A stretch of DNA of 64,000 nt from Mobula hypostoma (lineage: Eukaryota): the NCBI RefSeq assembly GCF_963921235.1, contig NC_086097.1, positions 241,554,001 through 241,618,000 of the forward strand, given 5' to 3'. Numbering within the stretch: position 1 is the first letter of the stretch; the number at the start of each line of letters is the position of its first letter. The translations under genes were made by a program, and so were the position numbers. The notes below the pieces were generated by a model. It worked only from the letters and a program-made list of their open reading frames with translations, had not been told where the DNA came from and made no database searches. Positions 1 through 12,061 of the stretch are shown here, piece after piece.

Positions 1-652
1 TATTGGGGCCAAGGTATTGAAGCTTATTGAATAGTTTTGAAGGCTTATTACCTGTAAGATCAGTGATTTTTTTTAAATTGGATAGAAATATGTTAAAAAA
101 ATAAATATAGGAAAATAGAAAACTTGAAATAGAAATAAAAAATTTAATCTATTAGCCACTATACCAATAGAACATAGAATATTAAGACTATAACAGGCCA
201 ATAATGTTGTGCTGACTTTTAACCTAGACCAACAACAATCTAACCCTTCCCTCCCATATAGCCTTCTATTTTTCTATCATCTATGTGCCTATCTAAGAGT
301 CTCTTAAATGTCCCAAATGTATCTGCCTCTACTCCACCCCTAGCAAAATGTTCTATGCATTCGCCATTCTCTGTATGAAAAAACTACCTCATACCATCCT
401 GCATGTACTTTCCTGCAATCACCTTAAAATGATGTCCTTTCCTATTAGACATTTCTACAAATATGTCCTCAAATCTGTTCTCAAAATGATTGGGGTTGGG
501 AATTAAATTCAGATTCAGATTTATTTATCTGAATAAAAAAAAACATGCAGTGAAATGTGCCATTTTTGTTTAAAAACCAACACAACTTAGGGATGTGCTG
601 GGGGACGGCCCACAAGTGTCACCACAGTATAAGCAGATTAGGTAGAGACAAT

Positions 653-1246
653 TGTAACCCTCACACTCGCCCAGCTCGTGTTCGTCTGGGGGAATCAGCC
701 TTTGTCCCCGCCAAACTGAGTAATCACGTTTGTGTGGATGCTGTGTGATGTACTCCCCAGTTACAACCCCACAACGCAAAATATCAGACAGTACACTATA
801 TGCAATTAAATGATAGACTTTATGAATCTTAATCTGAATATAGGATTGGTAATGAAAATAAACAACAAAAAAAGAGGGCCCAAGTCAAAGTCAAAGTCAC
901 GCTAGAGCTCACTCAGAAGACCTTCTTCCACCATCGGTCTCCTCCAAGCGTCACCGACCTGCAGACCCTCAGATCCCAGTCCACTCCGTCCGGTGGTCTA
1001 CCAGCTCTCTCCACATGCATCTTCCCTCTTCATCTCCTCTCGACAAAAGACCGCGAAAACAACATCCTTCCAGATACACAAGACAAATCAACAATCCCCG
1101 ATTGGCTAACATTACTGTTATCTCCAGCAGTAACCCAAACATTGCTGCTACAGAGAAACCGTTACCTCAGCAGTGAACGTTACAAAGACGCCATTGCATT
1201 AGCATTAGCAGTGAACGTTCCAAAAAAAAGCAGAGCAACCATTACA
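653..1246 (-). mobile_element. Solo LTR (Gypsy-like)
   Basis: TGTAAC...TTACA termini; near-matching 4-bp flanks caat/caag; strong similarity to the LTR at 62145-62871 (gtttgtgtggatgctgtgtgatgtac) and in reverse to 63796-64000. Strand inferred. Confidence 0.7.
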
Positions 1247-1799
1247 CAAGAAACATCAGAGTACAGACAGTCTTCAGGGTTCGACATGGTCCTGTTCTTG
1301 ACAACTGCCCATCACTTGAACTGTCCATAACTCAGCAGTCAGAAATAAACAGAATCAGCTGTGATGGGAGAGTGGGTGGGTGCAGGAAGAGCTGCTCCCT
1401 TCGCAGGACGTGGGGAGGGAAGTCACATGGAACTGACACATTCCCAACTGGCAAGCCTTTCTCCATCTATCCTGCTGGTCTCCCAAACGCTCAGTGAGAG
1501 CAAGCAGCAGAGACAGACTCCACGGAGGGGAGTCTGGTTTGTATGATGTGCTGAACTGAGCAGTTTCTTCTGGTCACAGACAGAAGAGTTGCCATACAAA
1601 GCTGATGCTTTCTATGGTGCATCTGCAAGCCCCTCTTCAGGCTCGTGTGCAAACTCGGCTCTGCTAACAGCCACAGGACTCAGCGGTGAGAAGGCCACCT
1701 TTCATAAACAATATACGTCCAGGGTCGATATGATTTGGGATGCAGCCAAGCAAAAACATAGTGATGTTCCAATTAAAGCATCCTCAATTTGAGCAAAGG

Positions 1800-4700
1800 C
1801 TGAGAGACTGGTGTAGGGGGCAGGGCTTCAGATTCTTGGATAATTGGGATCTCTTCTGGGGGAAGTATGACCTGTTCAAAAAGGACAGGTTACACCTGAA
1901 CCCGAAGGGGACCGATATCCTGGCGGGAAAGTTCAATAGAGCTGTTAGGGAGAGTTTAAACTAATTTGGCAGGGGGATGGGAACCAGAATGATAGAGTGG
2001 AGGAAGGGGAAAACAGAAATAAATCTAAGATAGTGAGCAGTAAAGATGTCAGGAAAGACAGGCAGGTTATGGGGCAAATTTGTAGCCATTGGGATGAGTT
2101 GCAGTGCAATAAAGTTCCAGTGAAATCAAAGCAAAAAGTATCAAATACTGGTCTTAAGGTGTTGTACTTAAATGCACGCAGCATAAGAAATAAGGTGGAT
2201 GATCTTGTCGTACAGCTACAGATTGGCAGGTATGACATTGTGGCCATCACTGAGACGTGGCTAAAGGATGCATGTCTCTGGGAGCTGAACGTCCAAGGAT
2301 ACACGGTGTAAAGGAAGGATGGGCAGGTAGGCAGAGGGGGAGGCGTGGCTTTATTGGTAAGAAAAGATATTAAATCATTAGAAAGAGGTGATATAGGATC
2401 GGAAGGTGCAGAATCTTTATGGGTTGAGCTAAGGAATAGCAGGGGTAAAAGGACCCTGATGGCAGTTATTTATAGGCCTCCAAACAGCTGCAGGGATGTG
2501 GACTACAAATTACAACTGGAAATAGAAAAGGCTTGTCAGAAGGGCAGTGTTATGATAATTGTGGGGGATTTTAACATGCGAGTAGATTGGAAAAATCAGG
2601 TCGGCACTGGATCTCAAGAGAGAGAATTTGTAGAATGTCTGCGAGATGGCTTTTTAGAACAGCTTGTTGTTGAGCCCACTAGGGGATCGGCTGTACTGGC
2701 TTGGGTATTGTGTAATGAACCGGAGGTGATTAGAGAGATTGAGGTGAAGGAACCCTTAGGAGGCAGTGATCATAACATGATTGAGTTCACTGTGAAATTA
2801 GAAAAAGAGAAGCCGAAATCTGATGTGTCGGTATTTCAGTGGAGTAAAGGAAACTACAGTGGCATGAGAGAGGAACTGGCCAAAGTTGACTGGAAAGAGA
2901 CACTGGCGGGAAAGACGGCAGAGCAGCAGTGGCTGGAATTTATGTGAGAAATGAGGAATGTGTAAGACAGGTATATTCCAAAAAAGAAGAAATTTTCGAG
3001 TGGAAAAAGGATGCAACAGTGGTTGACAAGAGAAGTCAAAGCCAAAGTTAAAGCAAAGAAGAGGACATACAAGGAAGCAAAAATTAGTGGGAAGACAGAG
3101 GATTGGAAAGTCTTTAAAACCTTACAAAAGGAAACCAAGAAGGTCATTAAGAGAGAAAAGATTAACTATGAAAGGAAACTAGCAAATAATATCAAAGAGG
3201 ATACTAAAAGCTTTTTCAAGTATATAAAGAGTAAAAGACAGGTGAGAGTAGATATAGGACCGATAGAAAATGATACTGGAGAAATTGTAATGGGAGATGA
3301 GGAGGTGGCAGAGGAACTGAACAAGTATTTTGCATCAGTCTTCACTGAGGAAGACAGCAGGATACCGGACACTCAAGGGTGGCAGGGAAGAGGAAGTGTG
3401 CGCAGTCACAATTACGACAGAGAAAGTACTCAGGAAGCTAAATAAGCTAAAGGTCGATAAATCTCCTGGACCAGATGGAATGCACCCTCGTGTTCTGAAG
3501 GAAGTAGCTGTGGAGATTGCAGAGGCATTAGCGATGAACTTTCAAAAGTCGATAGATTCTGGCATGGTTCCGGAAGACTGGAAGATTGCAAATGTCACTC
3601 CGCTATTTAAGAAGGGGGCAAAGAAGCAAAAAGGAAATTATAGACCTGTTAGCTTGACGTCGGTGGTTGGGAAGTTGTTGGAGTCGATCGTCAAGGATGA
3701 GGTTACAGAGTACCTGAAGGCATATGACAAGATAGGCAGAACTCAGCATGGATTCCTTAAAGGAAAATCCTGCCTGACAAACCTATTACAATTTTTTGAG
3801 GAAATTACCAGTAGGCTAGACAAGGGAGATGCAGTGGATGTTGTATATTTGGATTTTCAGAAGGCCTTTGACAAGGTGCCACACATGAGGCTGTTTAACA
3901 AGATAAGAGCCCATGGAATTACAGGAAAGTTACATACGTGGATAGAGCGTTGGCTGATTGGCAGGAAACAGAGTGGGAATAAAGGGATCCTATTCTGGTT
4001 GGCTGCCGGTTACCAGTTGTGTTCCACAGGGATCAGTTTTGGGACCGCTTCTTTTTACATTGTACATCAACGATTTGGATTATGGAATAGATGGCTTTGT
4101 GGCTAAGTTTGTTGACGATACGAAGATAGGTGGAGGGGCCGGTAGTGCTGAGGAAATGGAGAGTCTGCAGAGAGACTTGGATAGATTGGAAGAATGGGCA
4201 GAGAAGTGGCAAATGAAGTACAATGTTGGAAAGTGTATGGTTATGCACTTTGGCAGAAAAAATAAACGGGCAGACTATTATTTAAATGGAGAAAGAATTC
4301 AAAGTTCTGAGATGCAACGGGATTTGGGAGTCCTCGTACAAGATTCCCTTAAGGTTAACCTCCAGGTTGAGTCAGTGGTGAAGAAGGCGAATGCAATGTT
4401 GGCATTCATTTCTAGAGGAATAGAGTATAGGAGCAGGGATGTGATGTTGAGGCTCTATAAGGCACTGGTGAGACCTCACTTGGAGTACTGTGGGCAGTTT
4501 TGGTCTCCTTATTTAAGAAAGGATGTGCTGACGTTGGAGAGGGTACAGAGAAGATTCAGTAGAATGATTCCGGGAATGAGAGGGTTAACATATGAGGAAC
4601 GTTTGTCCGCTCTTGGACTGTATTCCTTGGAGTTTAGAAGAATGAGGGGAGACCTCATAGAAACATTTCGAATGTTAAAAGGCATGGACAGAGTGGATGT

Positions 4701-5046
4701 GGCAAAGTTGTTTCCCATGATGGGGGAGTCTAGTACGAGAGGGCATGACTTCAGGATTGAAGGGCGCCCTTTCAGAACAGAAATGCGAAAAAAATTTTTT
4801 AGTCAGAGGGTGGTGAATCTATGGACTTTGTTGCCACGGACAGCAGTGGAGGCCAAGTCATTGGGTGTATTTAAGGCAGAGATTGATAGGTATCTGAGTA
4901 GCCAGGGCATCAAAGGTTATGGTGAGAAGGCGGGGCAGTGGGACTAAATAGGATAAAATGGATCAGCTCATGATAAAATGGCAGAGCAGACTCGATGGGC
5001 CGAATGGCCTACTTCTGCTCCTTTGTCTTATGGTCTTATGGTCTTA
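1800..5046 (+). mobile_element. CR1 LINE, 5'-truncated (end of ORF1 SGNH esterase plus ORF2), decayed
   Basis: ORF1 end WCRGQGFRFLDNW..DRLHLN; APE motifs YLNARSIRNK, AITETWL, GDFN, SDHN; RT motifs [25 protein letters not shown]; 3' tail (tcttatgg)n. Confidence 0.95.
1997..4947 (+). pseudogene. CR1 ORF2 (APE endonuclease plus reverse transcriptase), broken by stops and frameshifts
   Basis: Consecutive ORF pieces 1997-2311, 2345-2947, 3011-3445, 3330-4106, 3958-4947 give a colinear CR1 ORF2. Confidence 0.92.
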
Positions 5047-5116
5047 AGATTGTCGGCCAGCACAAAATAACAGATCCTACACCGCATAAAATTATCAAGA
5101 AAGTATATTTACAAAT

Positions 5117-5809
5117 GGAGGAGCAGAGGGATCTGGGGGTACATGTCCACAGATCCCTGAAAGTTGCCTTACAGGTAGATAGGGTAGTTAAGAAAGCTTA
5201 TGGAGTGTTAGCTTTCATATGTCGAGGGATAGAGTTTAAGAGTCGCGAGGTAATGATGCAGCTCTATAAAACTCTGGTTAGGCCACACTTGGAGTATTGT
5301 GTCCAGTTCTGGTCACCTCACTATAGGAAGGATGTGGAAGCATTGGAAAGGGTACAGAGGAGATTTACCAGGATGCTGCCTGGTTTAGAGAGTATGCATT
5401 ATGATCAGAGATTAAGGGAGCTAGGGCTTTACTCTCTGGAGAGAAGGAGGATGAGAGGAGACATGATAGAGGTATACAAGATATTAAGAGGAATAGAGTG
5501 GATAGCCAGCGCCTCTTCCCCAGGGCACCACTGCTCAATACAAGAGGACATGGCTTTAAGGTAAGGGGTGGGAAGTTCAAGGGGGATATTAGAGGAAGGT
5601 TTTTCATTCAAAGAGTGGTTGGTGCGTGGAATGCACTGCCTGAGTCAGTGGTGGAGGCAGATGCACTCGTGAAATTTAAGAGACTACTAGACAGGTATAT
5701 GGAGGAATTTAAGGTGGGGGGTTATATGGGAGGCAGGGTTTAAGGGTCAGCACTACATTGTGGGCTGAAGGACCTGTAGTATGTTATACTATTCTATGTG
5801 CTATGTTCT
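5117..5809 (+). mobile_element. CR1 3' fragment (second subfamily)
   Basis: LVRPHLEYCVQFWSPHYRKD...; (ctatgtt)n tail; aaat on both flanks; near-identical to 21868-22565. Confidence 0.92.
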
Positions 5810-6342
5810 AAATTTCAGCTTTATCAGACAGTTAGTAGGAAAAAGAAAAGGAAAATAAAATGAAAGGGCCCATTTCAGTTAACCCAGTCCAATGTGCACA
5901 TCAAGTTGAAGCTCATCTTCAAGTTGTCCTTTTTATGGACGCACTGGACCGACGGTCCGCGTGAAAGCACACACCACATTCCGACCCTCGCTAGAAATAC
6001 ACCTCAAACCAACGGGCTCTATCTCCTTGGAGCCGTTCATCTGCACAATCCAGTTCACACAACAGGGATGCTCCATCCCACGGTATTCTCATCTTCTGTC
6101 CTGTCCTCTCCATATCTCCCGCAAAAAAAAACAAAACACACAGTCTGTCACAAACCTCTCCCCACCCTGCTCTCTCAAACTTTCTCCCAATTCTGCCACC
6201 ATGATTGGCTGACACAACATCATACCTGCTTATTTTTTAGCCGAAACCAAAACATCCCACAAGCAGAACACACTGCTTTTACAGAACTGCGAAAATGAAA
6301 TACCTACAACATAGCACTAAAAATCTTAACCAGGGTGTTACA

Positions 6343-6361
6343 CTCCCCCGCACACCAAAAA
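6343..6361 (-). promoter_or_regulatory. Polypurine-tract position of the Gypsy element
   Basis: Minus strand tttttggtgtgcgggggag abuts the TGTAAC start of the 3' LTR. Confidence 0.65.
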
Positions 6362-6689
6362 TCGTCATGTCCTCATGACTTTGGGACTTACTAAACCATT
6401 ATTAATAACACAGTATTCAAACGAATTTTGTGATTTCAGGACCCCCAATCCATTTGTAAATGGAAGTAGCATATCTCACTACGGGAACGGGCATAACGTT
6501 CTGTTTCCCAGTGCATCCCCTGCCATCCCAGCTAAGGGTTTCCTGACTCCCTGAGACCTTATCTCATCTTCAACTTCTCCCACCTCAACCAATCCTTGTG
6601 ACTCTTCCTGTCTACTAGAGGGTGCCTCCCCCATCTATCACTCCAGTCTTCCAACGGCTCAGGTCTCCCTGTTCCATCACAACTTCCTT

Positions 6690-7772
6690 CAGTTTAAGCA
6701 GGTGCAGCTGAGTATCTTCAACCTCTGCTGATAATAACTGGCAAGACCTCTCCTGAAAAGGGGTGTCCTTGGTCACTCTAATAGCGTGGCAAGTACTCTT
6801 GGGGCAGCCAACATCAGATTCATCAGTACAAAAGGCATCTTTGCATTCCAACGTCTTCTCAGTTAATCTCCTTTTCCATTTCTCGGGCATCGGAGAGTCA
6901 CCCAAGTTGCATGACCACGATGTCGAGATCCTCGATCCAGGGGACTGTTGCTCTTCTGTTTTCCCCAGAATACAAGACACTACCATCACAAGAAAAAGAG
7001 AGGCAGTCAACACCCCACATCTGAGGGTAACCTCTCTCCCTGAGGTGTTCCTGATAATCACTATCATCCTGTTTGTGTAGATAGCCAAAGATTTCTGCAA
7101 TTCGGGTCACACCAGCACTCCTGCAGCTAAGTGTGACTCTTCTTCCTGATCATCAGGCGCCCCCACCTGGATGGCCAAGGCTTTGGGCATTCCGGCAAAT
7201 TTGGGGGTTCCTGTCATTCTAGCTACTCCTCCAGGATGTAACATGACAGGTTTAGACTGGGTGTACCACACAGTTCCTCGTTTCTGCTCATCATCCTGCT
7301 TAGGAGGAACTTGCACCTTCTCAAAAGCAGCTCTGAACTCAGGGTGAATGGACAAGGTTTTCAGAAAGTTCTCTCTATTTCTCTCCTTGCATGCTCCCAC
7401 AAACCTTTTCACAATCATTCCCACAGGAATGGAGGCTCCATTCTATTTAACCGGATCCGGGCAAACCAAGCTAGTGTGTCAATAGTCTCAGTTACTCCAA
7501 CATCTTCTTCTGAAAGCTCCAATTTCAATGACAAGTAACCATCGTATGGGTACTGATCAGTACCAAGCCCCCGAATCTCAAGGGCACTGAATGGTTTCAA
7601 TGTTAAATGCGTCAAACATCCGGTTGTAAAAGGATCTATAAAGCAAAGTAACTTGAGAACCTGTGTCAAGTATGGCTCTGGCATAAACACCTTCAATCCG
7701 AATAGATACGTCAGAGCTTGGTCCCACTAAGCCTTCAGGAATAGTGTTCTGCACTTCAGTATTTCCCTTGAT
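6690..7772 (-). pseudogene. Gypsy aspartic protease and pre-RT pol remnant
   Basis: ARAILDTGSQVTLL (DTG protease motif); downstream FCTDESDVG..HAIRVTKDTPFQER typical of sequence just before Gypsy RT; then deleted. Confidence 0.85.
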
Positions 7773-8292
7773 GAGGGGTAGCACCTCTGGTGGGGGAACA
7801 TGTCGTGTCCTTTTCAAGGCGGTTAGTGCACCTTTGGTCCCCACCTGGCACTCAGCTCTCACCTGTGGCTCCCCGTAGCTGTTTGCATGCGACAGCGGCC
7901 ACACCCCGGGCAACGGCCTCGACAAGCCGGCTAAACCAGGTGAGGGTAGCCAATGGGTCTCAAACCCTCAGTGAGATAGGGAGTTGTCTATCCCAGCATG
8001 TGAAGACAGACTCCGGCGGATTGAGCGGATGAGACCTATGGAAGGTCCAACGGTCAAGAAGGCAGTCTTTGCAAGCGTCGTGGAACGTGTAGAGCACGAC
8101 TAGACACAGAAGACGTCCTGGTCATCCACTGCGCCTAGTCTCCGTCTTGCCACTGGATCCAGATGGGAATTGGGAAGAGAGAGTGAGGCTGACGCTGCGC
8201 AACTCTCCCTCACTTAAATCCAAATCACGCGCTAGTCTCGACACCATCATAATGGTGTCGAGGTCCTCACCGACGTCATGATGGACGAACAA
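7773..8292 (+). mobile_element. Non-coding retroposon (RTE-like non-autonomous), 5'-truncated
   Basis: 13-bp TSD tatttcccttgat (7760-7772, 8293-8305); second copy at 56276-56817; shared head at 55700-55966 (minus). RTE link is inferred from TSD length and short-repeat 3' end. Confidence 0.8.
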
Positions 8293-8905
8293 TATTTCCC
8301 TTGATACACTGATTGGAACATACCTTCTCCAAAATGCCAGCCCATTCCTTTACTGGGTCCCTCTGTAATTTTGCCTCTTTTCTTCTTTATTTGATTAACA
8401 GCTGACTTACTTTTCAAAGATTTTCCTGTCCTTCAGAGTCTCACTTGAAATGTTCATCTTCTCCACAATTGTAACAGAAAATACCAATCACCCTTCTAGT
8501 CTGCTGCGTCATAAGTCCTACAGGTGGGTCTGGTTTCCCAATAGACATAACATGTTTAGCTGAAACATTAGCCGACATCCATTGAATCAGCTCAGCTCGA
8601 AAGTTTTCCACCTTATTCCTCAAAAGTTCTATCTCTGTGACATCAGGGGTCACAAATTTCACAACACATGCTGGTGATAATAGACCTGATTCTGATTCTG
8701 ACTTTAGCAACAGAGGCTACCTCTGAAGACACTTCTCGGCTTTTGGAAATGTACTGCTTCTCAATCGCATTTTCCGCCTCTCTGACTTCTCTGAGTAACT
8801 CGGTAAAAGATGGAAGAGGACGCATCTCGCGGGCCGTTCAAATACGTAGGGCAATCGTGTCGTGTGACAGCGCGCCCTTCACAACTTGCTCCATCCTCAA
8901 GCAAT

Positions 8906-9016
8906 CACGAGGAATTCTGTGCAGCAGGCCAGGTAGCATCTCTAGGAAGAGGTACAGTCGACGTTTCGGGCCGAGACCCTTCATCAGGACTAAACCAGCA
9001 ACTTTGATGTGTGCTG
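8906..9016 (-). mobile_element. 111-bp PLE terminal-repeat mini-insertion inside gag
   Basis: 15-bp TSD ccatcctcaagcaat (8891-8905, 9017-9031); sequence matches the PLE 3' repeat at ~12000-12100. Confidence 0.85.
8955..8991 (-). ncRNA. Minimal type I hammerhead ribozyme motif (PLE-associated)
   Basis: Minus strand agtc-CTGATGA-a-ggg-tctcgg-ccc-GAAAC-GTC-gact: conserved core, stems I and II, palindromic minimal stem III. Confidence 0.75.
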
Positions 9017-9857
9017 CCATCCTCAAGCAATTTCTCTCAGTCAGTTGAATGCCCCCTTTGTGGCACAAACATTGTAGCAGTTTCTCCAATCTGAAAAGGT
9101 AGGCAGACATCTCTTCTCCTTCCTCCTGTAACGTGCGCCTAAACTTCATCATCAGCTGCACTTTCAGCAGTGCCAAAAACACCTACCAGAGCTTGCAGGA
9201 AATTAGCTGACATGGCTATTGGGTTTTCCGCCTTTGGGAACCCCACTACATCAGCCGCCAGACCCTTTAAACTCTCTACTAGTCTCTGCCTGGCTCTCTG
9301 CAGATACACTACTGCATTTATCAACCAGTGATGTAATAGCCAAAGACAGCTCAGAATTTAAACCAACCACTGAAGGACCCATTAGAACTTTGACATCGGA
9401 CACTTCTTCTCCCTCGCTTCGCAGAAATGAGAACAACTTGTCTTTAAAGTCTTCGTCCTCAGCTACATGCCCTCCTTCTCTAAAAATATGGCCCCGCCTC
9501 TCCAGGTGTCCCTACCCTGTCAGGCAGCGTGACTTCAGTCACATCACTGCACGTCTGAACTAACACGACATCCTTACCGGCCAATTGATCAAAAAGCAGC
9601 TCAATCAGCGAAACTTTCCCCAAAACTTTTATAGAAGTTAGCACTCTGAACACCTGTTCATCAGGAACTTGGACATCCATCCCACTCAAAACACAAGCAT
9701 TATTTGTATATAATTTCCTTGAACCGTAACAACCCTTAATCCCTGTGGCGTCCATGATAAAGCACTTTAGTCACTTTCCCTGACACTAGTTTAAACACAG
9801 GCTTAAACACACAAACCACTTCATCAATTCTTAACAGCAATTACACAGCATTCAAAG

Positions 9858-9879
9858 AATCGCCGGATGATAGCCCCCA
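9858..9879 (-). promoter_or_regulatory. Primer-binding site, tRNA-Pro-like
   Basis: Minus strand TGGGGGCTATCATCCGG a few nt after the 5' LTR, versus tRNA-Pro PBS TGGGGGCTCGTCCGG. Confidence 0.75.
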
Positions 9880-9883
9880 CAAA

Positions 9884-10662
9884 TGCAACACCCTCAGTGG
9901 GCTCATATGGAAACTTTCCTCTTTGCCGGTCCTGCTAACAGCCATGGGACTCAGAGGTGAGAAGGCCACCTTTCATAAACAATATGCATCTAGGTCGATA
10001 TGATTTGGGATTCAGCCAAACAAGAACATCACAATGTTCCAATTAAAGAAACGTTGATCTGAGCTAATGCTCAGCTCGTACACAATTGTCGGTCAGCACG
10101 AAATAACAGATCGTACACGGCATAAAATTATAAAGGAAGTATATTTATAAATTTCAGCTTTATCAAACATTTAGTCAGAAAAGTAAAAGAGAACAAGGTC
10201 TCATTTCAGTTAACCCAGTCCAAATGTGCACATAAAGTTGGAGCTCATCTTCAAGATGTCCTTTTTACTCACGTACTGGACCCACGGTCTGCGTGAAAGC
10301 ACACACCACGTTCTGACTTTCCCTTGAAATCCATCTCAATCAAACCAACAGGCACTCCTTGGAGCTATTCATCTGCACAAGGCAACAGGGATGCTCCTTC
10401 CCACGGTATTTTCAGCCATTTTCTCTCTTGTCCTCTCCGCAGCTTCCGCGAACCACACTGTCCGCCACAAATCCCTCTCTGACCCCCCCCCCTCAATTCC
10501 GCCATCCTGATTGGCTGACACAACATCCCTAGCTGAACATCAGAGCCCCTTATCTTTTAGCCGAAACCAAAACATCCTAAAAGCAGAACACACTGCTTTT
10601 ACAGAACTGCTAAAATGAAATACCTACAGCATAGCAGTAAAAATCTTAACCAGGGAATTATG
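9884..10662 (-). repeat. 5' LTR of the Gypsy element
   Basis: Uninterrupted homologue of 1624-6342, adjacent to the PBS. Confidence 0.9.
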
Positions 10663-10663
10663 A

Positions 10664-11390
10664 CATCGATATAACATTGGCAAGTGTTGACAGGGGCATG
10701 CCAGCTTTCTTTAACCTCCTGAAGAAATAGAGGTGCTGGTGTGCTCTCTTGGCCTCGGTGTCTATGTTATTGGTGATGTTCACTCCTAGGAATTTAAAGC
10801 TCACAACCCTCTCAACATCAGCACTGCTGAAGAAAACAGGAGCATATGCACCAATCACTTTCCTGAAGTCAATGACCAGCTCTTTTGTTCTGCTGATATT
10901 GTGTCAAAGGTTATTTTCTTGAACCCTTGCCTCTAAACTATCTCTTTTCTAGAGACCCTAGTGACAATGATCAATGAGACACAGCCCAGAACGGTGTATA
11001 AACTTGTAGACAAAGTCAGAGTGGAATCTAGCCAGACAGTCGTAAATGTACCGGGTTTAGAATGGGGACTGTGAACACAACTTTGTGGAGCACTGGTGTT
11101 CAGAATAATTCTGGCGGAGGTGTTGCTGCCTTATACTTACTGATTGTTGCTTTTTGGTCAGAAAGTCAAGGATCCATTTACAGAGGAGGTATTGACTCCC
11201 AGGTCTCAGAATTTGGTGATGAGCTAGCTTGGAATTTTAGCATTGAAAACAGAGCTGTAGTCAATGGAAAATGTCTTTAGCTTCTCAGAGACTGAGCTTA
11301 CAGGATCATCCGGAGGTGTGGGCTGTGTGTGGATGTGTCATAGTTCTCCATATCAAAGTATGCATTGAGCTCATCCAGGAATGATGAGTC
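10664..11390 (-). mobile_element. Rex1/Babar-type LINE fragment (host of the Gypsy element; continues at ~1450-1623)
   Basis: VERVVSFKFLGVNIT..KRAHQHLYFFRRLKK; sequence continues across the catc TSD. Confidence 0.7.
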
Positions 11391-12061
11391 AAGAAATTCA
11401 GATTTACTTATTTCATTTACAATACATCAAAACATATAGTGAAATGCGTTAACAACCTAACGGTGTGCCAAGGGCACCTTTGCACCACATTGCACCACAC
11501 CAGTATGTACAAGTTGTCTGAATGTTAAGAAATCATGGCTCATTGAGGCTGCAAGACTTTTACTTGGCAAATGCAGAAAGATCTGTATTTGCAGCTGCGG
11601 TCAAAATCAAAATCAGTCCCAAATTAATTCCTACAGCCAGACTTTGGGTCCTGGAGACTGCCACTTACTAAACGTTTGACCGGAATTTTCCAGCGTGCTT
11701 AATGTGGACGCCATGACTAATGTGCAAGTCATTCAGGATGTTGTACCAGGGAGAAGATACTCTTTGAGATGCAAATTGCCAACACGTTGCCGGATGAGTT
11801 CTGCCACTTCACCACTAACTCGCCGAACAGAATGTTCCAGGCATGACAGGTTTGATGTATGGGAGGAGAACAAATACTATGCAACAGTATTCCTTAGAGA
11901 TTTAAGGACTGGAAAAGGCACTGTATCTTAGAAATTTCTAGATAGGCTAAATGCAGCAATGGTTTTTCCTTGGCAGCAACCTGATGGCATGAACATCAAG
12001 CAACACACATAAAAGTTGCTGGTGAACGCAGCAGGCCTGGCAGCATCTCGAGGAAGAGGTG

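Larger units (their letters stand above)
1624..6342 (-). repeat. 3' LTR of the Gypsy element, in three pieces (~1624-1800, ~5047-5116, ~5810-6342)
   Basis: Pieces align colinearly with 9884-10662 (gagaaggccacctttcataaacaatat; cataaaattat; aaatttcagctttatca; aaaatcttaaccaggg). Confidence 0.9.
8420..9755 (-). pseudogene. PNMA/Ma-like Gag remnant with CCHC zinc knuckle
   Basis: RQRLVESLKGLAADVV..FLQALVGVFG; FRRTLQEEGEEMSAYLFRLEKLL; PSFTELLREVREAE; FCYNCGEDEH. Frameshifted. Confidence 0.85.
1624..10662 (-). mobile_element. Gypsy/Ty3 LTR retrotransposon, internally deleted (gag-pro only), with nested insertions
   Basis: Two homologous LTRs (9884-10662; 1624-6342 split by CR1s); catc flanks at 1620-1623 and 10664-10667; PBS and PPT at expected positions; Gag, zinc knuckle and protease remnants; no RT core, RNase H or integrase seen. 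Confidence 0.9.

Noticed and set aside
4995..5564. 189-aa ORF as a novel gene
   Set aside because: Chance read-through of CR1 3' UTR, LTR piece and a second CR1 fragment.
8420..9755. Domesticated PNMA-like host gene
   Set aside because: Frameshifted, carries insertions and still lies between LTRs with PBS and PPT.
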